Shown piece after piece: positions 25,148-31,890 of a stretch of DNA of 31,890 bases (position 1 is its first letter; each line of letters starts with the position of its first letter). Both the position numbers and the translations under genes were made by a program. Origin of the DNA: Gemmatimonadota bacterium (GTDB lineage: Bacteria; Latescibacterota; UBA2968; UBA8231); contig JAYOYH010000049.1 in NCBI GenBank assembly GCA_038153405.1, forward strand, positions 1 to 31,890. The letters are read 5' to 3'. The notes under the pieces were generated by a model that was given only the letters and a program-made list of their open reading frames with translations, had not been told where the DNA came from and ran no database searches.

Positions 25148-26383
25148 TTATCCCAACAGGCCGGGCGTCTGTATGATCTCCCTGAGCCGGGCGAGAAACC
25201 GCGCGGCCAGCGCACCGTCGACAACGCGGTGATCGGCCGCCAGCGTCAGCGTCATCTGCGGCCGCACGGCAAATGCATCGCCGTCTAGCGCCACGACGCG
25301 CTTTTCTATTGCGCCAACGGCTAAAATGGCCACCTGAGGCGGATTGATAATGGCCGTGAAGCGCGAAACGCCGAACATACCCAAATTAGAAATAGTGAAC
25401 GTACCGCCGACCATATCGTCCAGTGTGAGCTCACCTCTGCGCGCGCGATCGACCAACCGCACCGATTCGCTGGCGATTTCGTCGATTGACTTGGCATCGG
25501 CGTTGCGCAGTACGGGCACGACGAGGCCCTTCTCCGCAGCGACCGCAATGCCGACGTTAACCTCGTCCATCGGCACAAAGCCCCCCTCGCTATAGTGGCT
25601 GTTGACCCGGGGGACATCGCGCAGCGCACGGGCCGTCGCCTGCACAATCAGATCGTTGTAGGAAATACTTTTGCCTTCAAGGCGGTAGCCCTGGCGAAAC
25701 TGGTCTAGCCAAATCGCCGACACGTCCATGGAGACGTGTATATGCGGCGTTTGCTGATAGCTTTCGGTAAGCCGCTCTGCGGCGATGCGCTCAGCCGGCA
25801 TCAGCGGCCGATGCTGGCCCGATACAGGAGTTGGCCCCCCAACAACAGGACGCGCAACAGACCTCTCGGCCGTCCCGGCCTCGGCGCGCTCCACATCGGC
25901 GCTGACAACGCGCCCACCGGCGCCCGTGCCGACCAAGCGCTGCACATCAAGGCCGCGCTCGGCCGCGATTTTGCGCGCCTTGGGCGAAACCCGGTGGGGA
26001 GTGCGCTCACCGACGGAGTCCTGCGTTTGGCTTGCCATAGCCGCTGGCTGGCCAACGGGCTGTGCGACGGGTTCGACGGCAGCGACTTGGGCTTCCGCAC
26101 GCTCCTCAAGTGCAGTAGGGGCATCGTAGCGCCCTAAATCCTCGCCCGGAGTGCCAATTAACCCAATGAGTTGAGAAACGGCGACTTCTTCCCCTTCGCC
26201 ATGCAAAATTCTCAGCAGGTGGCCATCGGCCTGGGCCTCCACCTCCATCGTCACTTTATCGGTGATAATTTCGAGTAGAGGCTGCCCCTTTGCGACGGCC
26301 GCTCCTTCGGCCACCAGCCAGGCGCCTATCGTGCCCGTTTCCATCGTCAGCCCAAGCTTGGGCATCACCACTTCCGTTGCCAT
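25148..26383 (-). CDS. 2-oxoacid dehydrogenase E2 subunit (dihydrolipoamide acyltransferase)
   Basis: Lipoyl domain with TDKV; peripheral subunit-binding domain SPKARKIA..G..GRV; catalytic TFTISNLG, AIINPPQ, DHRVVDG. Confidence 0.95.
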   Translation of the reverse strand: MATEVVMPKLGLTMETGTIGAWLVAEGAAVAKGQPLLEIITDKVTMEVEAQADGHLLRILHGEGEEVAVSQLIGLIGTPGEDLGRYDAPTALEERAEAQVAAVEPVAQPVGQPAAMASQTQDSVGERTPHRVSPKARKIAAERGLDVQRLVGTGAGGRVVSADVERAEAGTAERSVARPVVGGPTPVSGQHRPLMPAERIAAERLTESYQQTPHIHVSMDVSAIWLDQFRQGYRLEGKSISYNDLIVQATARALRDVPRVNSHYSEGGFVPMDEVNVGIAVAAEKGLVVPVLRNADAKSIDEIASESVRLVDRARRGELTLDDMVGGTFTISNLGMFGVSRFTAIINPPQVAILAVGAIEKRVVALDGDAFAVRPQMTLTLAADHRVVDGALAARFLARLREIIQTPGLLG

Positions 26384-26416
26384 AAAATTCCTAAGTTTTC
26401 GCCATTGAGCGGTAGT

Positions 26417-26638
26417 CTACCGCTTTTTCTTTTTGTTTTTTCCCTTTGATCCCGCGCCGTCTGCAGCGGCCCTGTCACCATCCGAGGCCGTCTCTGCGGG
26501 TAAATCGGCATCCCCGCTTGGATTGGCCGAACCTCCCTGCACAAATTTATGGTAAAAAAAACTGCCCCAAATAACGACCAACCCTATGATCGAAACGATC
26601 ATTATCGTGCGATCGGGCTCGACCATTTCCGTCTCCAT
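26417..26638 (-). CDS. Small single-TM hypothetical protein with basic C-terminal tail
   Basis: AAAGGAG RBS; one TM helix (IMIVSIIGLVVIWGSFFY); KGKNKKKKR tail; fills gap in a co-directional run. Confidence 0.65.
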   Translation of the reverse strand: METEMVEPDRTIMIVSIIGLVVIWGSFFYHKFVQGGSANPSGDADLPAETASDGDRAAADGAGSKGKNKKKKR

Positions 26639-26675
26639 ACAAACTCCTTTGTCCGTTGTCTTCTCCCTTACCCAA

Positions 26676-27728
26676 TTACTTGAGCAAGGACTCGAGCGCC
26701 TCGAGCACCCGGGCGGTATTTAGCGAGCGAATAGCTGGGGATTGCACAGCCTGCACGTGGCGCTGGTCTGGTCCAATCCAGCGCTGTGGATCGTCCCCCA
26801 AAATAGCCACAGTCGGCACGCGTAGCGCAATCGCTAAATGCAGGAGATCGGTGTTGCAGGCGACAAATGCCTTACAGCTCTGCAAAAGGGCCCCCGCTGC
26901 CAGCAGGTCCTCCTCGTCCATAAAGGCGCATCTATTTCCATAAGTTTCCCTAAGATAACGGACCTCTTTGCGCTCCGCGAGGGAAAAGAAAAATAGAGGC
27001 CGCATCCCGCGATCGATTAGGCTACCGACAACGGCGTCTATTTGCCGACGCGATAGCTTCTGGCCTGCACCTGCCGATATATCGATGCCAACGCTGGGCA
27101 CTCCCCCGTCGTCCCCGTAGCGCGCTCTCATCTGTGCGGCTTTGTCGGCTGGAAGGCTCCATTGCCAATCGACCTGACAGTCAATGGCCAACAGTTCCAG
27201 CATGCCGCAATACGCGTCGACTTCATACCGGCTGTCCCGGGGAGGCTGCACTTCAATGTTGAAGGGCTCAATCCCCTCGCGAGAAAATCCAACGCGCAGG
27301 CGGGCACCGCTTTTAGCACAAACGCTTGCCAAGCGAAAGCTACAATCGTGGCCGAGACAAAATAGAACATCGTATCGCTCTGCGTTCAACTGCGCGCAAA
27401 GGGACTTGAATTTCTTTGACCAAAGCGATGAAGACAGATCGCCTCCGACGACGGTATCGACAAGCGAAATATAGCTAGCCAAGGCGGATTTATACTGGTC
27501 AACGAGTAGGGCAATATGGGCTTGGGGATAGGCCCGGCGCAGGATGCTGTAGACGGGGGCTGCCAGCAATAAACCACCCTCTCTATCGCTGGGGACGACG
27601 AGAATCTTCTGTGCCGTTTTCAGTTCGGCAAAGACGTCGAATGCAACCGACGGCCCTTGGCCACCAGCGGACCAACGCAGGGCGATTCGATCCCCCAACG
27701 ACCCCCTATATGAAGACGAGAGCGTCAC
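26676..27728 (-). CDS. Glycosyltransferase family 9 (heptosyltransferase-like), degenerate motifs
   Basis: KILVV..., LRRAYPQAHI, YDVLF, SGARLRVGF, HLAIALRVPTVAILG...W.P are GT9 hallmarks. Confidence 0.75.
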   Translation of the reverse strand: MTLSSSYRGSLGDRIALRWSAGGQGPSVAFDVFAELKTAQKILVVPSDREGGLLLAAPVYSILRRAYPQAHIALLVDQYKSALASYISLVDTVVGGDLSSSLWSKKFKSLCAQLNAERYDVLFCLGHDCSFRLASVCAKSGARLRVGFSREGIEPFNIEVQPPRDSRYEVDAYCGMLELLAIDCQVDWQWSLPADKAAQMRARYGDDGGVPSVGIDISAGAGQKLSRRQIDAVVGSLIDRGMRPLFFFSLAERKEVRYLRETYGNRCAFMDEEDLLAAGALLQSCKAFVACNTDLLHLAIALRVPTVAILGDDPQRWIGPDQRHVQAVQSPAIRSLNTARVLEALESLLK

Positions 27729-27803
27729 ATACTTCCACTTGGTAGTAGGCGAAAAAAAACGGAGCTTCGGAGTGGTAAAGATAGTGGGGCGCGCGGGTGG
27801 TGG

Positions 27804-28841
27804 CTACCAGAACTTTGCTTCCGCTTTGGCAATATCGCCCATTTTGCGCGCGCTATCGGCATCAACCCTGTGCAGCCGATCGTCGATGCGAAGCCCCTGT
27901 AGCAGCACGGTACAGATATCGCGGGACGCCGGTGCTTTGGGATTGTCGATGAGAATGGGACGCCGCCGTTCACAGGCATCGAGAACGCTGGTATCGCTGC
28001 GCACGTACCCAATATATTGCATGTCGATCGACAGATACTCTCTAACTAGGTTTGTGAAGCGATGGCGTTCTTCGATCTGTCGCTTGTTGCGAACGCGGTT
28101 AAGCAAGAGTCGGGGCCGAAAGGATGCGAGCATCTCCCGCGCCGCCTCCCCCACACCGGCGTCAATTTGGTCGATGTGTTGAAGCAACTCGCTGATACGC
28201 CCGCTCTTGCGTCCGTCTTTGCGGGCAAAATTCTCAATGGCCGCCTTAACCTCTTCGAACTTGCTGAACTGGCGGCGCAGTTTGCGGTAGACGGCATTCT
28301 TGACAAACCCATAGGCGTCGACCCGGGCATGGGGTTCCGGAGTGCAGACGATGAGCCCTTCATCGGAAAGCGAAAATAAATCGAGCGTGTTAAAGGAGGT
28401 CCCCGCACCCAAATCGACGAGCACGAAATCGGCGTCGAGGGTCCGGATGTGGCGAAAAAGTCGCTCTTTAACCGCGTAGGGCAAGTTGGCCAGGCCAATC
28501 ATTTCGTTTCCGCCGCAGACCAGCTTTAAGTTTTTGCTAGGCGTTGGCAGAAGAACATCGCTTAGAGATTTAGCCTCTTTGGTCAGGAATTGGCTCAGGC
28601 TGCGGGCGGGTGCAATTTGGTCGAAGAACAGGTGCAAATCCGCTCCCCCCAAATCGCCATCGACGAGAACTACCTTATAGCCCAGTAGGGACAGGCCTAC
28701 GCCGATATTGGCCGTCAGCGTGGATTTACCCGTACCGCCCTTGCCACCGGCAATCGGCCAGATAGCCGTTTCGGGCAGCTTGCCGTCGAGCAGAACCTGG
28801 TCTGCTACAGGAATTCTATCCATGACGAGCTCTGTGCTCAT
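27804..28841 (-). CDS. MinD/FlhG(FleN)-like P-loop ATPase
   Basis: Deviant Walker A GGKGGTGKS, VDGDLGGADL, VDLGAG, TPEP, LLLNRV; start re-called to ATG 28841 after GAGGA. Confidence 0.85.
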   Translation of the reverse strand: MSTELVMDRIPVADQVLLDGKLPETAIWPIAGGKGGTGKSTLTANIGVGLSLLGYKVVLVDGDLGGADLHLFFDQIAPARSLSQFLTKEAKSLSDVLLPTPSKNLKLVCGGNEMIGLANLPYAVKERLFRHIRTLDADFVLVDLGAGTSFNTLDLFSLSDEGLIVCTPEPHARVDAYGFVKNAVYRKLRRQFSKFEEVKAAIENFARKDGRKSGRISELLQHIDQIDAGVGEAAREMLASFRPRLLLNRVRNKRQIEERHRFTNLVREYLSIDMQYIGYVRSDTSVLDACERRRPILIDNPKAPASRDICTVLLQGLRIDDRLHRVDADSARKMGDIAKAEAKFW

Positions 28842-28939
28842 CTCGTTTCCTCGCGCGCTTAATTGGGAGAACCAGTTGGAGAGGCGGGTCTGGGACAAAG
28901 CGTATTCTCGCTGTGGTATACAACGCGTAGGGCTGGGCT

Positions 28940-28969
28940 AGTATAGCCCGCATTGTCGGTGCCTGTCAA
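28940..28969 (-). promoter_or_regulatory. Near-consensus sigma70 promoter for the ATPase-GT9 run
   Basis: Minus strand TTGACA (28969-28964), 18 nt, TATACT (28945-28940). Confidence 0.6.
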
Positions 28970-29074
28970 GAAATTTCCTACCCATCTAAAGCCTGCTTAT
29001 ATTTATCATCGGCAGCACTTTGCTTTTCTTAACATCTTATCTAACGGGTACTTACCCCTTGAGGAGTAACACGC

Positions 29075-29539
29075 TTGCAAAGGCCCAGTCGCGACTTCAC
29101 GGCAACGACCTTTGTCGTCGATGCACAGCGCACCTTGCTCCTATGGCATAATAAGATGGGGGCTTGGCTGCCCCCTGGAGGCCATATTGACGCAGGAGAG
29201 CTCCCCGACGAGGCGGCTCTGCGAGAAGTCCGAGAGGAAACGGGCCTGATCGTCGAGCTGTTGGGCGGTGAGCGCCAGATGGACAACGTGCGCGTGCTGC
29301 ACCAGCCCGCCTGCATTCTATTGGAAGATATAAGCGAAGGCCATCAGCACATCGACCTGGTCTACTTTGCCCGAGTCAGAGCCGGAACGCCGCGCCACAA
29401 CCCGCGCGAATCGAGCCGTATGCAATGGTTTTCCCACGAAGAATTGGAAGATCGCCTTATCGCCGACGATATCCGCCTCCTCGGCCAGCAGGCCATCGCC
29501 GCCTGTTTCCCCTCATCGAGAGCCACTCAACATGGGTAG
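29075..29539 (+). CDS. NUDIX hydrolase
   Basis: Nudix box GGHIDAGELPDEAALREVREETG; HQHIDLVY; GAGGAG RBS before TTG. Confidence 0.9.
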   Translation: MQRPSRDFTATTFVVDAQRTLLLWHNKMGAWLPPGGHIDAGELPDEAALREVREETGLIVELLGGERQMDNVRVLHQPACILLEDISEGHQHIDLVYFARVRAGTPRHNPRESSRMQWFSHEELEDRLIADDIRLLGQQAIAACFPSSRATQHG

Positions 29540-30473
29540 AACGGCCCTTTATCATCCCGATTTTCCATTACACGATGTGGGCACGGCCCATCCAGAGCGC
29601 TCCAAACGCATAATAAGCCTCCTAAATAAAATCCGCGAATCCTCTGCTGCAGATAGGGTTAAATGGATTGAAGCTCCTGAAGTTGAAGAGGCGGTCCTCG
29701 CGCTCAATCACACCGAGCAGCACATTGTTTGGGTAGCTTCTCTATCTGAATTAAACGAACCGACCCCCGTTTCTCCAGACACGGTCGCCTGTGCGCAGAC
29801 GCCACGCATAGCGCGACTGGCGGCCGGATCAGCCACGCTGGCGGCCGATCTGGTCATGCGCCAAGAGGCCGATAACGCCTTTTGCGCCGTGCGGCCCCCC
29901 GGCCATCACGCAGAAGCCGATCGCGCCATGGGGTTTTGCTTTTTCAACAACGCCGCGCTGGTCGCGCGCTTTCTGCGGCAACGCCACGGCCTTGAGCGCA
30001 TCGCCATAATCGATTGGGACGTACACCACGGCAACGGCACCCAGCACAGCTTTTACGATGACCCCGATGTATTCTTTTTTAGCATACACCAGCATCCCCA
30101 CTACCCGGGCACCGGTGCAGCTGGCGAAACCGGCCACGGTCTGGGAAAGGGTTTTACGCTCAATGTGCCGGTCGCTGGCGGCAGCACTGACGACGACTAC
30201 ATTGGTCACTTTAACCGTAGCCTAGTCCCTGCTCTGCGGGCCTATAACCCCCAATTTATCATTCTATCGGCCGGGTTCGATGCCCACCAACGCGATCCCT
30301 TAGGCGACGTGTGCTTGAGCACCGAAGGATTTGGCGCCCTGAGCGACATCGCACTAGAGCTTGCCGCCGAACATTGTTCGGGAAAACTGGTTTCGATTTT
30401 AGAGGGAGGCTACGATTTGGAGGCGCTTTCCACCTCGGCGCTGGTTCACGTGCAGAAACTGGTATCGACTTAA
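29532..30473 (+). CDS. Histone deacetylase family (class II-like) amidohydrolase
   Basis: HPER, RPPGHHA, GFC, DWDVHHGNGTQ, SAGFDAH, LEGGY; start re-called to ATG 29532, overlapping the NUDIX end by 8 nt. Confidence 0.93.
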   Translation: MGRTALYHPDFPLHDVGTAHPERSKRIISLLNKIRESSAADRVKWIEAPEVEEAVLALNHTEQHIVWVASLSELNEPTPVSPDTVACAQTPRIARLAAGSATLAADLVMRQEADNAFCAVRPPGHHAEADRAMGFCFFNNAALVARFLRQRHGLERIAIIDWDVHHGNGTQHSFYDDPDVFFFSIHQHPHYPGTGAAGETGHGLGKGFTLNVPVAGGSTDDDYIGHFNRSLVPALRAYNPQFIILSAGFDAHQRDPLGDVCLSTEGFGALSDIALELAAEHCSGKLVSILEGGYDLEALSTSALVHVQKLVST

Positions 30474-30570
30474 ACAACGAAGCGACCCTTTGTGCGGAGG
30501 CCATCGGCCTGTCATCAGTCCCTTGTTGGCAGGCTCATAGAGGAGACTGGGACACCCTGCTTGCCGTCGG

Positions 30571-31266
30571 TCAACCGTCTTTTACAAACTCGTGGATATT
30601 GACCTTATACTCAATCGAGCCCAAGCGCTGTTCAACCGATTCGACTCGATGGCTAAAGCGTTGCTTAACGAGCATATTGACAAAGCGTTCAGCCGGTCTG
30701 CGCTGAGGATCACTCAGGTAAAAACGCCCCCCGGGTTCGAGGAGATGGCGCAGCACTCGGTTGAGATAGACGTGATTTTTCTTCTCGTATACGACGTCGG
30801 ATGCGACGATGCAGGCGCACGCTTTGCCCACTGGATTGCTCCAGTCGAGATAAGCTACGCGGTGGCGATCGCCCAGGCGATTTTTCTGTGCGTTATGCGC
30901 GGCAAAGACCAGGGCATCCTCTACGTAGTCGGTTGCTTCGACCTTCCAACCCAGCGCCGCTAGGGCGACGCCCACCAGTCCCAGACCACATCCCAATTCG
31001 CGCGTCCAGCCTGGCGCAATGGTCGGGCGCTTGGCGCACATCCAATGCGCCAGCGCTAACGAAGCAGGCCAAATCTCCGCCCAATAGGGAAATCGGTCGA
31101 CGCGCACCATGCGGCCCTCCTGCTCGATCATCCGGTCGAGCAGTTCGTAAGAATCAGCCACCTCGGCAATGTCCAGCGTAACGACTTCGGACAGGTTCCA
31201 GCGGTGTTCAACCGTCGTATACTTGGCCAAAGTGCGCTGCATTTGTTTGTTGGAAAAACGCTTCAT
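30571..31266 (-). CDS. Methyltransf_16 / METTL21-like class I methyltransferase
   Basis: PYWAEIWPAS, ELGCGLGL, ATDY, LDW, ASDVVYE, SDPQR. Confidence 0.85.
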   Translation of the reverse strand: MKRFSNKQMQRTLAKYTTVEHRWNLSEVVTLDIAEVADSYELLDRMIEQEGRMVRVDRFPYWAEIWPASLALAHWMCAKRPTIAPGWTRELGCGLGLVGVALAALGWKVEATDYVEDALVFAAHNAQKNRLGDRHRVAYLDWSNPVGKACACIVASDVVYEKKNHVYLNRVLRHLLEPGGRFYLSDPQRRPAERFVNMLVKQRFSHRVESVEQRLGSIEYKVNIHEFVKDG

Positions 31267-31304
31267 TGCAGTTGGTCAAATCGCCCTATACTTAGGGGAG
31301 CAGC

Positions 31305-31890
31305 CTACCGTTCATCGCCGCCGTCTTCCATGCGGCGCTGAACGGCCTCAATCCGCTTTTTGTTGATTTCCACCGTGTGGTCCTCAGCGTCCGACAGCTG
31401 CCCAGCCGGCAGAAAAGATTGGCGATAGAGTGGATAGAGTTCGCTGCGCAAATGGGCCAGCGGCTGGTGCCCGATGCGCCGTTTGCGCTCATAGCGCAGG
31501 GCGCCAATGTCCAGAGGGCCGACGACTATTTTCTCGCCTGGGCCAGGATCGGCTTGGGAAAGAATGCGCCCGTCGTAATCAACCACCATGCTGCCGCCCG
31601 GCCATGAAAAGGGCGCGTAATGAGCCAGCGATGCGCCCTGGTTAGCCGCCACGACATAGGATAGATTTTCCAGCGCTCGGCAGCGATTAACCGTGGTCCA
31701 CCAATCCATTGGCGGTGTCGCGCCCCACGGATCCATATACGCGGAAACGCGCAGCAGCACCTCGGCCCCGTTGGCCACCAGCTGACGCAGCACCTCGGGA
31801 AAGAGCCAGTCGTAGCAAATAGCTACGCCAATATTGCCGATTGGCGTGCGCGCCACGGGAAAGGGATCTTCGTTATAATCGGCCAGATCG
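31305..31890 (-). CDS. Carbon-nitrogen hydrolase (nitrilase family), C-terminal part; 5' end beyond window
   Basis: Frame open to the window edge (DLADYNEDPFPVARTPIG...); GVAICYD catalytic Cys motif, RALEN, GGSMVVDYDG. Confidence 0.9.
   Translation of the reverse strand, partial: DLADYNEDPFPVARTPIGNIGVAICYDWLFPEVLRQLVANGAEVLLRVSAYMDPWGATPPMDWWTTVNRCRALENLSYVVAANQGASLAHYAPFSWPGGSMVVDYDGRILSQADPGPGEKIVVGPLDIGALRYERKRRIGHQPLAHLRSELYPLYRQSFLPAGQLSDAEDHTVEINKKRIEAVQRRMEDGGDER

Noticed and set aside
29367..29531. Extended N-terminus of the HDAC ORF
   Set aside because: Overlaps the NUDIX gene; the family begins at MGRTALY (29532)
30474..30570. Terminator between convergent HDAC and methyltransferase genes
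   Set aside because: Only a short hairpin (AGGCC-ATC-GGCCT) without a U-tract
1..31890. CRISPR arrays, IS elements, integrases, prophage, tRNA/rRNA
   Set aside because: No regularly spaced repeats, transposase/integrase motifs, RNA gene signatures or obvious compositional shift seen

Overview
Gene-dense bacterial chromosomal window (estimated mid-to-high 50s % GC) with no mobile element, CRISPR array, rRNA or tRNA that I could recognise. The gene content (DUF6785-like membrane protein, PorV/FadL-like fragment, GT9) fits a diderm, possibly Latescibacterota/FCB-like organism, but that is inference only. There are two notable minus-strand operons. (1) 1422-7887: YbjN-like chaperone, PspA, Tat-signal flavin amine oxidase, membrane-anchored spermidine synthase, DUF4178, lipoprotein and DUF350, a PSP/polyamine-linked envelope module. 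(2) 8114-17298: a translationally coupled three-gene membrane system, the best candidate for an undescribed system. It has two distantly related OPT/YSL-like polytopic proteins flanking a ~1470-aa fusion of a catalytically degenerate M28 peptidase domain and a MacB/FtsX-type permease, with no ABC ATPase in the operon. An intact cytoplasmic M20/M42-like peptidase gene is divergent from it. The 875-aa transporter carries unusual inserts: a CCCH zinc-finger-like loop, an apparently circularly permuted Fn3/Ig-like domain and DxDGDG repeats. The rest is metabolic or housekeeping: SDR, sugar-phosphate isomerase, MFS, RidA, FtsH, two methyltransferases, an orphan E2, a degenerate GT9, a FlhG/MinD-like ATPase, NUDIX, HDAC and a partial nitrilase. 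Family assignments come from motif recognition by eye; no database searches were run.
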